Shown here: positions 11,352 to 20,632 of the stretch, piece after piece
Position numbering within the stretch: the first letter of the stretch is position 1
How the letters are laid out: the number at the start of each line of letters is the position of its first letter
From: an uncultured Chloroflexia bacterium
GTDB taxonomy: Bacteria; Chloroflexota; Anaerolineae; Anaerolineales; UBA4823
Reading direction: 5' to 3'
Assembly (NCBI GenBank): GCA_963726375.1
Contig: CAVSCE010000011.1
Location: 210,914 to 274,913 of the forward strand
DNA: 64,000 bases
Made by a program: the position numbers and the translations under genes
The notes under the pieces: model-generated
Told to the model about the DNA's origin: nothing
Databases searched by the model: none
Seen by the model: the letters and a program-made list of their open reading frames with translations, nothing else

Positions 11352-12287
11352 TTGAATACTGCCCTTCCTGCTCCTTCAGATGATAAACCCGTTGTCGTTA
11401 AACGACATGGGATGAGTGATGATGTCCTGAAAAGGGTTATGCTCGCGCCGGCGGTCCTGATCATTGTCGGCCTGGTGCTCTACCCGTTTCTTTGGGCTGT
11501 CTATTTGAGCTTTCATCAGTTTTCAATCCTGAAGAAAAAACCAGCCGTGTTTATTGGATTGGAGAATTATCAGAGCTTGCTTCACGATCCGGATATCTGG
11601 GAGCGGTTTATTTTTACCGGAAAATTTGTCTTCACAGTGGTATCGATTGAGCTGGTTTTCGGTTTCTTGATCGCATATTTCATTCACACGCAGTTCAAAG
11701 GGGGCGGCGTCTGGGTCACCCTGCTTCTGCTGCCGATGATGATCGCGCCGGTTATTTCTGGATTGTTCTGGAAATACATCCTCTCGAACAACTGGGGGGT
11801 GATTAACTATTTCATTAAGGGAATTCTGGGATTGCCTGAAGTCCAATGGTTGAGTACGAACACGGCGGGGTTTTGGTCGATTGTGATCGTCGACGTCTGG
11901 ATGTGGACCCCGTTCATGATGCTGCTCAGCCTGGCGGGTCTTTCGGCGGTTCCGACATACCTTTACGAATCAGCTGAAGTGGATCGGGCGTCGTCCTGGT
12001 TCAAGTTCACACGGATCACCCTGCCGCTGTCCGCTCCATTAATCTTGCTGGCGGTCGTTTTCCGGACGATTGATGCCTTCAAGACGACGGATATCGTCTG
12101 GGTGTTAACAGCCGGCGGACCCGGCTCTTCCACAGAGACTATCGCATACGCCCTCTACAAGCTGGCGTTTGCGTTCTACAAGACAGGCGAGGCTTCAGCC
12201 CTGGCGGTCATGCTCTTGATCACAGTGATCGGCCTGAGCATTATCCTTGTGCGCGTGCTGAACCGCGCCAAGCAAGCGACACAGTAG
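11352..12287 (+). CDS. ABC sugar transporter permease (MalF/UgpA-like)
   Basis: Intact 311-aa ORF with a TTG start and GGAGG 8 nt upstream. It is a multi-TM protein with an EAA-type loop (..ESAEVDRASSWFKFTRITLP..). Confidence 0.85.
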   Translation: MNTALPAPSDDKPVVVKRHGMSDDVLKRVMLAPAVLIIVGLVLYPFLWAVYLSFHQFSILKKKPAVFIGLENYQSLLHDPDIWERFIFTGKFVFTVVSIELVFGFLIAYFIHTQFKGGGVWVTLLLLPMMIAPVISGLFWKYILSNNWGVINYFIKGILGLPEVQWLSTNTAGFWSIVIVDVWMWTPFMMLLSLAGLSAVPTYLYESAEVDRASSWFKFTRITLPLSAPLILLAVVFRTIDAFKTTDIVWVLTAGGPGSSTETIAYALYKLAFAFYKTGEASALAVMLLITVIGLSIILVRVLNRAKQATQ

Positions 12288-12299
12288 ACGGAGCAAGCC

Positions 12300-13142
12300 A
12301 TGCATTCGAAAAAACTCTTAAAACGCATTCTTGCCTGGGCGCTGCTGATCCTCCTGATCGTGATCTTCATCTTTCCGTTTTACTGGATGGTCGCCACAGC
12401 CCTGAAAACCCGGATTCAGATCGTCAATATCCCCCCCCTGTTTATCTTCACGCCGACCTTAGATAATTTCAAAGGTGTCTTCTTCACAAGCTCCGGGTTG
12501 GAGACGAACTTTAAAGAATTCTTCAAGATGAGCATCATCATCAGCGCCCTGAGCACCTTTTTCTCGGTTCTCTTCGGCTCGCTGGCAGCCTACAGCGTCT
12601 CGCGCTTCAAGATGAAGGGTAAAGATGACCTGATGTTCTTCATCCTGAGCACGCGCATGCTCCCGCCAATCGCCACGCTGGTGCCGCTGTTCTTGATGTA
12701 CCGTCAGCTCGGCCTTTCCGACACGGTGCACGGGATGGTTCTGCTGTATACGATGTTCAACCTGGGCTTTACGACCTGGATGATGAAGAGCTTCTTCGAT
12801 GAGATCCCGATCGAATATGAGGAAGCCGCGCTGATGGACGGCTACAGCCGCTGGGAAGCGTTCGTGAAAGTAGTCCTGCCTCAATCGGTCACCGGCCTGG
12901 CAGCCTCGGCTGTCTTCTGCCTGATCGCGAGCTGGAACGAATTTGTTTACGGATCTATCCTGACGACCCGTTATGCCCGTACGGTCCCGCCGGCGGTGGC
13001 AGTGCGCGTCGGTCACGAAGGATACGAGTGGGGCAAGATCGCCGCGACGGCCTTCATGTACGTCTTACCAGTATTGATTTTCACCTTCCTGGTTCGAAAA
13101 TCCTTGCTGCGCGGTCTCACCTTTGGCGCGATCAAGAAATAG
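12300..13142 (+). CDS. ABC sugar transporter permease (MalG/UgpE-like)
   Basis: Intact 280-aa ORF with an EAA motif (EEAALMDGYSRWEAFVKVVLP), immediately after the first permease. Confidence 0.85.
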   Translation: MHSKKLLKRILAWALLILLIVIFIFPFYWMVATALKTRIQIVNIPPLFIFTPTLDNFKGVFFTSSGLETNFKEFFKMSIIISALSTFFSVLFGSLAAYSVSRFKMKGKDDLMFFILSTRMLPPIATLVPLFLMYRQLGLSDTVHGMVLLYTMFNLGFTTWMMKSFFDEIPIEYEEAALMDGYSRWEAFVKVVLPQSVTGLAASAVFCLIASWNEFVYGSILTTRYARTVPPAVAVRVGHEGYEWGKIAATAFMYVLPVLIFTFLVRKSLLRGLTFGAIKK

Positions 13143-13182
13143 GCCGAAGAGGATCGATTCTTCAGAGAGTGAGATACCAAAC

Positions 13183-14277
13183 ATGGCTAAAGTCGAATTA
13201 CGTGATATTGTCAAGAGATACGGTCAAAATGTCGCCGTCAATCATGTCAACCTGACCGTCGAGGACGGCGAATTCCTGATCTTACTGGGTCCATCAGGCT
13301 GTGGGAAAACGACCAGCTTGCGCAGTATCGCCGGGTTGGAAGCTCTGGATGGAGGCGAAATACTGATCGATGACGTCGTCGTCAATGACAAACGTGCCTC
13401 AGATCGAGATACAGCTTTTTGCTTCCAGCAGTACGCCCTGTACCCCCACCTGACTGCATTTGAAAATATCGCCTTCCCGCTCCGAACGCAGCAGATGGCC
13501 AATCAGGAAGTGGAACACCGCGTGACTGAGGTTGGAAAGCAGCTTCAGATTGAAGAGATCTTCACAAGAAAACCCAGCAAATTGAGCGCCGGCGACCAGC
13601 AGCGCGTCGCCCTGGCGCGCGCGATGGTCCGGCAGCCGAAAGTCTATCTGATGGATGAGCCGCTGTCCAACCTGGACGCTCAGCTGCGCGTCGATATGCG
13701 CGGCGAGCTCCGCCGGCTTCAAATAACCAACAGAATCACCACCATATATGTTACTCACGACCAGACCGAAGCGATGGCCATGGCCGACCGGATTGCGATC
13801 ATGAACCTGGGCGTGCTCCAGCAGGTCGGCACCCCGGACGATGTCTATACCTATCCGGTAAACTTGTTTGTGGCGAATTTCATCGGCAGTCCCAGCATGA
13901 ATTTCATCAATTGCGAATATGTTGCCGCCGATCATGGTGTGCGCATTCCGACGGAGACCGATTCGGTCGTCTACAGACTTCCGGAAGATATCAAGCAATC
14001 GGTTTCTGGTTTGAAAGACGGCGATGAGCTGGTTTTGGGCATCCGGCCGGAAGACGTGTACATTCATACGGAACCGGTGGATGATGGTTTTGAAGTCAAA
14101 TACATCCTGTTGGAAGCCCTGGGATCTGAGAACATCCACCATGTCGGTCACAGTAATCTGTTTGTGATTGCTCGAACCTCTCCGGCTGATGTCTTCGAAG
14201 AAGGCCAGTCCCTCTGGATTTCTTTCGAGCATGCTGGTATCCGGCTTTTCGATCGAAAAACCGAGATGGCGATTTAG
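13183..14277 (+). CDS. MalK/UgpC-like ABC ATPase 1, with an atypical LSAGD signature
   Basis: Starts MAKVELRDIVKRYG. Has Walker A GPSGCGKTT, signature LSAGDQQRV, Walker B VYLMDEPLS, H-loop THDQ and a C-terminal MalK-type regulatory domain. Confidence 0.85.
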   Translation: MAKVELRDIVKRYGQNVAVNHVNLTVEDGEFLILLGPSGCGKTTSLRSIAGLEALDGGEILIDDVVVNDKRASDRDTAFCFQQYALYPHLTAFENIAFPLRTQQMANQEVEHRVTEVGKQLQIEEIFTRKPSKLSAGDQQRVALARAMVRQPKVYLMDEPLSNLDAQLRVDMRGELRRLQITNRITTIYVTHDQTEAMAMADRIAIMNLGVLQQVGTPDDVYTYPVNLFVANFIGSPSMNFINCEYVAADHGVRIPTETDSVVYRLPEDIKQSVSGLKDGDELVLGIRPEDVYIHTEPVDDGFEVKYILLEALGSENIHHVGHSNLFVIARTSPADVFEEGQSLWISFEHAGIRLFDRKTEMAI

Positions 14278-14287
14278 GAAGGTTGCT

Positions 14288-15361
14288 ATGTCTGAAGTCA
14301 ATATCATAGGTTTACAGAAGAGTTTTGGAGATGTCCAGGCGTTGAACGATGTCTCGTTTGACGTGAAGGATCACGAGTTTGTGACCATGCTTGGGCCTAC
14401 CGGCGCAGGAAAAACGACGACACTCCGCTGCGTCGCCGGTTTGGAGAAGCTGGATTTGGGCGAGATTCATCTCAGCGGAGCAAATATCAACATGCTGCCT
14501 CCTGGCCAGCGAAATATGGCCTTTGTTTCACAGCATTACGCCCTGTACCCGCATATGACGGTTCGCCGCAACCTGCAGTTCCCGCTGGACAAAACAGAAA
14601 TGACCAGCGATCAGAAGAAAGCGCGGATCGATGAGATCGCCAAGATCCTTCACATCGTCCCGCTGCTTCAGCGATATCCGAGCAAGCTGAGCGGCGGTGA
14701 AATGCAGCGCGTTGTCATCGGGCGAGCGATGGTCCGCAGCCCGCAGTTGTTCCTGCTGGATGAGCCGCTGTCCAACCTGGATGCCAAGCTTCGGGAAGAG
14801 CTCCGCTTCGAGCTCAAACGCTTGCAGAAAGAGGCCGGTTCGACCACGCTCTACGTCACCCACGACCAGATCGAGGCGATGTCGATGTCAGACAGGGTCG
14901 TGGTGATCGACAAAGGTGTGCTGCAGCAAATCGGCAGACCATCCGAGATTTATTCCTATCCTGCAAACGTTTTGGTTTCCAGCATCGTCGGCACCCCCCC
15001 GATGAACATCGTACCCGTGGTCGTCGGCGATAATCGCTTCAATCTCGAAACGAATGGCCACGGCGCAGAGCTGCCCTCCAACTATAAGAACATCCTTGCA
15101 CCCGGGAAATATCAGCTGGGTGTTCGCCCGGAAAATGTAAAACTTGTCTCAAAATCGGCTCCGAACGCCCTACCGGCCGAGGTATTGGTGATCGAAGCGT
15201 TTGGATACGAAAAGCTGGTGGAGATCGATCTGGCGAAGACCCGAGTCCGCGCCCGGGTTTCGCCGCGCACAAAGCTGAAGGTCGGCGAGAAAATTTTTAT
15301 CCAGCTCGATGAGAATAAGACGCGTTTCTTCGATGTCAGCGGTACGTTGATTCGCTCCTGA
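14288..15361 (+). CDS. MalK/UgpC-like ABC ATPase 2, with a canonical signature
   Basis: Starts MSEVNIIGLQKSFG. Has GPTGAGKTT, LSGGEMQRV, LFLLDEPLS and THDQ. It begins 10 nt after ATPase 1. Confidence 0.85.
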   Translation: MSEVNIIGLQKSFGDVQALNDVSFDVKDHEFVTMLGPTGAGKTTTLRCVAGLEKLDLGEIHLSGANINMLPPGQRNMAFVSQHYALYPHMTVRRNLQFPLDKTEMTSDQKKARIDEIAKILHIVPLLQRYPSKLSGGEMQRVVIGRAMVRSPQLFLLDEPLSNLDAKLREELRFELKRLQKEAGSTTLYVTHDQIEAMSMSDRVVVIDKGVLQQIGRPSEIYSYPANVLVSSIVGTPPMNIVPVVVGDNRFNLETNGHGAELPSNYKNILAPGKYQLGVRPENVKLVSKSAPNALPAEVLVIEAFGYEKLVEIDLAKTRVRARVSPRTKLKVGEKIFIQLDENKTRFFDVSGTLIRS

Positions 15362-15378
15362 GCCTCTTGGAGGAAAAC

Positions 15379-15546
15379 ATGGAAAAACGAAAAAAATTTG
15401 GTATTTACGGAGATATGATCGCGATTGGGCTGATCATCGCCGGATTCTTGATGATGGTTCAACCGCTGACGATGTTGCTGTACACGATTGGATTTCCAGT
15501 AATCCTGTCAGGCGTCGTTCTGTTTAATATCAGCTCGCATTATTAG
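15379..15546 (+). CDS. 55-aa two-TM small membrane protein (below the ORF-track cutoff)
   Basis: My own translation gives MEKRKKFGIYGDMIAIGLIIAGFLMMVQPLTMLLYTIGFPVILSGVVLFNISSHY. GGAGGA lies 7 nt upstream. The ORF fills the gap between ATPase 2 and dhaK2. Confidence 0.5.
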   Translation: MEKRKKFGIYGDMIAIGLIIAGFLMMVQPLTMLLYTIGFPVILSGVVLFNISSHY

Positions 15547-15570
15547 GATCTTTCCAAAGGGACAGATCTC

Positions 15571-16575
15571 ATGGCAAAGAAGATAATCAACAACCCAAAG
15601 GATGTCGTCCAGGAGACGATTTCTGGTTATTTGATGATGCACCCTGGAGAGTTTCGCCAGCTGGAAGGCGTCACGGCCATCGTAAAGACTCAGCTGGACC
15701 CGGATAAGGTCGGGTTGGTCATCGGCGGAGGCAGCGGGCACGAACCGATCTTCCTCGAATTCATTGGCAAGGGCTATGCCGATGCGGTTGCGATGGGCAA
15801 CATCTTCGCCGCCCCGTCCCCGGATATCGTCCTCGCCGCGACCCAGGCGGTCGACCGGGGCAAGGGCGTCCTTTACGTATATGGGAATTACGCCGGCGAC
15901 AACCTGAATTTTGACATGGGCGCAGAGCTGGCCGATCTGGAAGGCATTCGGACTGAAACCGTGCGCGTCTGGGATGATGTCGCATCGGCGCCGCCGGAAC
16001 GCATCACCGACCGCCGCGGCATCGCCGGAGATTTTTATGTGATCAAAGTCGCTGGCGGCTGCTGCGATGCCGGCCTTGACCTGGATGAAGTAAAAAGGAT
16101 AACTACCAAGGCGCGAGACAATACCCGCACCATGGGCGTCGCCCTTTATCCAGGCACGATCCCGGGTGAAGGCACACCCGCCTTCACCCTCCCGGAAGAT
16201 GAGATTGAAATCGGCCTGGGCCTGCACGGCGAACCGGGCGTCCGCCGCGGCAAAATCCAGCCAGCGGATAAACTGGTCGACGAGATGATGTCGCTGATCG
16301 TCCCCGACCTGCCCTTTAAGGCCGGCGACGAGGTTTGCGCACTGATCGACGGCTTTGGATCAACGACGCGCATGGAGCAGCTGATTGCGATGCGCCGGAC
16401 TCTGCAGAACCTCGAACACATGGGCTTCAAAGTTCACCAGGCGGATGCGGGTGCTTACGCGACCTGCCAGGAGATGGCCGGTTTTTCGATCACCCTGATG
16501 CGCCTGGATGAAGAGCTTAAAAAGTATTTCGATTGGCCGGTTTGGTCGACGGTTTACAAGAACAGGCCGCGGTGA
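15571..16575 (+). CDS. dhaK: Dihydroxyacetone/ketose kinase subunit DhaK (copy 2)
   Basis: Intact 334-aa ORF with GGGSGHEP, NYAGD, DRRGIAG and GLHGEPG. Confidence 0.9.
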   Translation: MAKKIINNPKDVVQETISGYLMMHPGEFRQLEGVTAIVKTQLDPDKVGLVIGGGSGHEPIFLEFIGKGYADAVAMGNIFAAPSPDIVLAATQAVDRGKGVLYVYGNYAGDNLNFDMGAELADLEGIRTETVRVWDDVASAPPERITDRRGIAGDFYVIKVAGGCCDAGLDLDEVKRITTKARDNTRTMGVALYPGTIPGEGTPAFTLPEDEIEIGLGLHGEPGVRRGKIQPADKLVDEMMSLIVPDLPFKAGDEVCALIDGFGSTTRMEQLIAMRRTLQNLEHMGFKVHQADAGAYATCQEMAGFSITLMRLDEELKKYFDWPVWSTVYKNRPR

Positions 16576-16582
16576 GCTGTTT

Positions 16583-17230
16583 ATGGAAAGCCTGACAGCT
16601 TCTCAGCTAAAAGACATGCTGATGCATGTCGCGAAATCAGTCATCGATTCAAAAGAACAGCTTTGCGAGGCCGATCGGAATATCGGCGACGGCGATCACG
16701 GAATCGGGATGGCGCTGGGCATGGAAGCCGCTGCCAACGAGCTGGCTGCAAAGGAATTCACCGACGTCTACGCTGTTTTCGGGACCGTTGGACGTACGAT
16801 GATCAAAGTGATGGGTGGGGCCTCGGGCATCATCTTTGGCCTGCTTTTCTATGCAGGCTCGAAGAACATGCAGCCGAAATCCGAGCTGTCCACGCAGGAT
16901 TTCGCCGAAGTCTTCGCCAGGGCGTTGGCCGAAATCCAGGCTAAGGGCGGGGCACAGCTGGGAGACAAGACCATCGTGGACGGGCTGCAGCCGTTCGTCG
17001 AAGCGCTGCAAAAAAGCCAATCTGCTGGAGAGGGCTTCAAGCCATTGCTTCGTGCAGGCTATGCTGCCGCCGAGGCCGGGAAGGAAAAAAGCAAGCAGTA
17101 CATCGCCCGTTTCGGCAAAGCAAAAACCCTCGGCGAGCGGGCGGTTGGTTTCCCGGACGCAGGCTGCGTGACGCTGACGGTGATTTCCAGGTCGATGTGT
17201 GAGTGGGCAGACGCGAACCTGGCGGAATAA
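16583..17230 (+). CDS. dhaL: Dihydroxyacetone/ketose kinase subunit DhaL (copy 2)
   Basis: Starts MESLTASQLKDML (ATG 16583) within ORF 16508..17230. Has DRNIGDGDHG and GDKT. Confidence 0.88.
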   Translation: MESLTASQLKDMLMHVAKSVIDSKEQLCEADRNIGDGDHGIGMALGMEAAANELAAKEFTDVYAVFGTVGRTMIKVMGGASGIIFGLLFYAGSKNMQPKSELSTQDFAEVFARALAEIQAKGGAQLGDKTIVDGLQPFVEALQKSQSAGEGFKPLLRAGYAAAEAGKEKSKQYIARFGKAKTLGERAVGFPDAGCVTLTVISRSMCEWADANLAE

Positions 17231-17246
17231 ATCTATTCTCCTCCCT

Positions 17247-17285
17247 GATCGAAGCCGATCTGTTCTCGACGGATCGGCTTCGATC
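17247..17285 (+). promoter_or_regulatory. Perfect 14-bp hairpin downstream of dhaL2, with no U-tract
   Basis: GATCGAAGCCGATC (17247..17260) pairs with GATCGGCTTCGATC (17272..17285), leaving an 11-nt loop. Confidence 0.55.
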
Positions 17286-17333
17286 GAGAGCAGCTGCCCG
17301 ACTGAAAAAGATCGATCGTGAGTGGCAACCAGT

Positions 17334-17363
17334 TCCGGCAGGATTTTCCTGCCGGAGTTTTTT
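17334..17363 (+). terminator. Canonical intrinsic terminator between dhaL2 and rpiB
   Basis: TCCGGCAGGA-TTT-TCCTGCCGGA forms a 10-bp stem, followed by GTTTTTT. Confidence 0.7.
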
Positions 17364-17391
17364 CTGAACTTGAAGAAAGCAAGGAACCCGA

Positions 17392-17856
17392 ATGCCGGCA
17401 AAAGAATTGATCTTAGGCTGCGACTTTGCTGCAGTAAAGCTTATGAAGGTAGTCCGCAAGCTGCTTGAAGACCAGGCGATCGCTTACACGTTCATCGGGG
17501 TCGAAGACGAATCGGATGAGACGGCCTATCCACTGATCGCCCGGCAGGTCGCTGAAGCGATCATCGCGAGCGGTTATCAGAAAGAAGGAATTTTGATCTG
17601 CGGCACCGGGATTGGAATGTCGATCAGCGCCAACAAGTTCCCGGGGATCTATGCCGCGATCTGCCACGACGGTTATTCAGCCGAGCGGGCGCGCCTGAGC
17701 AACAGCACCAACGTGCTCTGCATGGGGGCGCGCGTGATCGGGCCTGAGCATGCCAAAAAAGTTCTCAGCGCCTGGTTGAAGACTGAGTTTCAGGGCGGGC
17801 GCTCCCAGGCGAAGCTCGATCTCATTCGATCGTTTGAGCAGGAGCTCTACCGATGA
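17392..17856 (+). CDS. rpiB: RpiB/LacA/LacB-family sugar-phosphate isomerase
   Basis: Intact 154-aa ORF with ICGTGIGMSISANK, NVLCMGARVIG and FQGGRSQ. Confidence 0.85.
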   Translation: MPAKELILGCDFAAVKLMKVVRKLLEDQAIAYTFIGVEDESDETAYPLIARQVAEAIIASGYQKEGILICGTGIGMSISANKFPGIYAAICHDGYSAERARLSNSTNVLCMGARVIGPEHAKKVLSAWLKTEFQGGRSQAKLDLIRSFEQELYR

Positions 17857-18638
17857 GCCTTCGGTTCCAGACCTTGTTTGTGGGCTCAAACTTGAAGATG
17901 TACCAGACGAACCGCCAGACGCTGGAGTTCCTGGATCAGCTCCAGCAGCTCACGGGCGATATCCCGCGCTCGCAGCTGAAATTGTTCATCCTGCCGTCCT
18001 ATACGGCTCTGGCTGATGCCTGCCGGATGGTGGATCACGGTCGGATCTGGATCGGTGCGCAGAACATGCATTGGGAAGAGCAGGGCCAGTTCACCGGCGA
18101 GATTTCGCCCATCCAGCTGCGGGATATCGGTGTCGATCTCGTTATGGTCGCCCACGCCGAGCGCCGCCAGCACTTCGGGGAAACCGACGCGCTGGCGAAC
18201 CGCAGGGTGCTTTCAAGCCTGGCGCATGGTTTCCAGACCCTGCTGTGTGTCGGAGACCGCCGCGAAGACCTGCAGTCCGGGCGGTCGGCGGAGGTCTTAA
18301 GCCGCCAGCTGGAGGTTGGATTGACGGGCGTGAATTCCGAACAGGCAGACCGCTTGTGGGTCGCCTATGAGCCGGCCTGGGCGATCGGTGAGGGTGGGAC
18401 GGTCGCCGACCCTGCTTTTGCAAACGAGATGCACGCGGTCCTGCGCATGATCCTCAGGAAATGCTTCCCGGACCGGGAAGCGGGCGTGCCGCTGCTCTAC
18501 GGCGGCAGCGTGAACTTGGAGAATGCGGTGGATTTGATCCGCCAACCCGAGATCGACGGGCTGTTCATCGGCCGCGCCGCCTGGGACGCAGCCCGGTTGA
18601 ATCGAATCGTGCGCGATACCCTCGCTACCCGGCGTTGA
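17853..18638 (+). CDS. Triose-phosphate-isomerase-family protein (non-canonical, EryH/TpiA2-like inferred)
   Basis: 261-aa ORF whose start overlaps the rpiB stop (ATGA). TIM motifs are present but altered: SNLKMY, VAHAERR (canonical GHSERR), YEPAWAIGEG (canonical YEPVWAIGTG), YGGSV. Confidence 0.8.
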   Translation: MSLRFQTLFVGSNLKMYQTNRQTLEFLDQLQQLTGDIPRSQLKLFILPSYTALADACRMVDHGRIWIGAQNMHWEEQGQFTGEISPIQLRDIGVDLVMVAHAERRQHFGETDALANRRVLSSLAHGFQTLLCVGDRREDLQSGRSAEVLSRQLEVGLTGVNSEQADRLWVAYEPAWAIGEGGTVADPAFANEMHAVLRMILRKCFPDREAGVPLLYGGSVNLENAVDLIRQPEIDGLFIGRAAWDAARLNRIVRDTLATRR

Positions 18639-19675
18639 GCTCCGGGTTGATCGAAACCTTCATCGCCGTTCCAGCGATCATCAATTTAAGCGCTTCTTCG
18701 GTCTGCTCGAGCGGCATCTCGCCCGAGAGCATGAAGCGCGTGTCGATCAGGCCTGACGCGACCAGGTTGCAGGACTCCCAAAAATCGACCGGGGAGTTGC
18801 CGTGCGTGTTGAACAGGCTGATTTCGCCGTAATGGACAGCCGGCGCGTCGAGTTCGACGATCGTCCCGCTCTTCAATCCGCCGAACCACAGCACCCGACC
18901 TCCGCGCCTTGCAGCGCGCACTGCGCCTTCCCAGGTCTCCTTCGCTCCGGCGCATTCGATCGAGACGTCCGCGCCGCGCCCGGCGGTGAGATCGCGGATC
19001 GCCTGAACGGCGTCCGCACGGCCCGCGTTGATGATCGCAGAGGCGCCGAGCTGCCGGGCATACTCCAACCGCTCGTCGTTGCGGTCGACCACGATCACTT
19101 CCGCCGCCCCGGACGAACGGGCGAGCTGCAGGTGCATCAGGCCCACTGCCCCGCCGCCGCCCATAATCGCGACCTTCTCGCCGGGTCGGATCTGGATCAT
19201 TTTATGCGAGTGGACGACCGAGGCCAGCGGTTCCATCAGGGCAGCCTGGGCGTAGCTCAGGTGCTCGGGGACCACAAGCGTGTTCCAGCGCACGAATGTG
19301 CCGGGAAGCCTGACGTACTCCGCATAGGCGGCAAAGTTGTGAATCATGTTCTCGCAGATGTTTTCCTGGTGGTGCTTGCACGGGTAGCAGGCGCCGCAAG
19401 GCCCAAAACAGCTGGCAGTCACGCGCATCCCCAGGCTGAAATTCTCCACCATGCGGGCCTATCTCAACCACGTCCCCTGCAAATTCGTGCCCAAACAGGA
19501 ACGGAGGCGGGTATTTCGGGTGCCCGCGCAGGTAGGTTTTAACGTCGGTGCCGCAGGTTGTGGCCGAGCGAACCTTGACGAGCATTTCATCCGGGCCGAT
19601 CACCGGCATCGGCACTTCCTGCACCTGCAGCTTTTCAGGTCCCAAATAGACGACAGCGCGCATTGTTTTTGTCAT
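18625..19675 (-). CDS. Zn-dependent medium-chain polyol/alcohol dehydrogenase (sorbitol/threonine-DH-like), frameshift near 19450
   Basis: ORF 19202..19693 is the N-part (CGTD..GHEFAG). ORF 18625..19452 is the remainder (structural-Zn CGACYPCKHHQENIC, Rossmann MGGGGAVG). It is convergent with the TIM-like gene and overlaps it by 14 nt. Confidence 0.8.
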
Positions 19676-19689
19676 GGATTTATCTCGCG

Positions 19690-20572
19690 TCAAAGTTGTT
19701 GAGCCGCGCCAGCCATATTCAGCTCGGCGATCGCGCCTGTAAAATCTTGCTCGTGGACGATCTTCTGGATCGCGCGGATCATTTTTTCGGGGTGGGGGTG
19801 CTGCCAGACGTTCCGGCCGAAAGTAATCCCCGAGGCGCCCCGCTGGATGCAGACCAGCACATCATGCAGCATCTCCTCGACGCACTGGCTTTTTCCGCCG
19901 CCCAGCAGCACGATCGGAGCCGGGCAGGACTCTGCGATCCTTTCCATCTCCTCCGGCACGTCCGGGAAATCGCTTTTCACCACGTCTGCCCCGATCTCGA
20001 ACGCGATCCGAGCCATATCCGCCAATATTTTCGAAATCTTTAATCGGCTTTCCCTCGAACCGCAGCCCCCAGGTGGTCGGCTCGATCATCACCGGGATCC
20101 CCAGTCGATGGCAGCTCTCGATGGTCGCTGCGGCAAAAGCCATGTTGTCGATCTGGCGGTTGCTCTGCTCCTGACCGAAGATCAGGCAAATCTTGACCAT
20201 ATCCGCGCCCAGGCGGGCCGCCTCTTCGGCGGAAATGGTGGGCACCTGACCGTCGGTCCTGTCGCCGCCCGGGAAGTTCGCAAACAGTGGGAAATCGACC
20301 GCCAGGATCACCGCCGGCGACTCTCTGCCGGTGAGCAGATATCCAAAGCGGCGCAGCGCCCCGGGATTCACCAATATACCTTCAGGCTTGCCGGCTAAAA
20401 CCTGCTCGAGGCGTTCGCCCAGGTTCTCCAGGCCGGCAACAGCGCCCATCGCGACGCCGTGGTCAACCGCGACTGCGACGCACCGGCCTGTCTCTTTATT
20501 AAACAGACGGCTGGTGCGGATTGTGACTCCATAATCAAAAGCCTGGTTCAGCATGAAGGACACCTCGTTCAT
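19690..20572 (-). CDS. Class-I aldolase, DeoC/FbaB(DhnA)/LsrF family (copy 2), frameshift near 20042
   Basis: ORF 19862..20572 makes sense up to ..FEGKPIK. ORF 19690..20025 continues KISKILADMARIAFEIGADVVKSDFP (putative Schiff-base Lys)..FGRNVWQ. Confidence 0.78.
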
Positions 20573-20632
20573 GGATGGATGGAATTTCAGATTATTTTGG
20601 TGGTCCGCCTGGATCGAGCAGCGGATGTTCGA

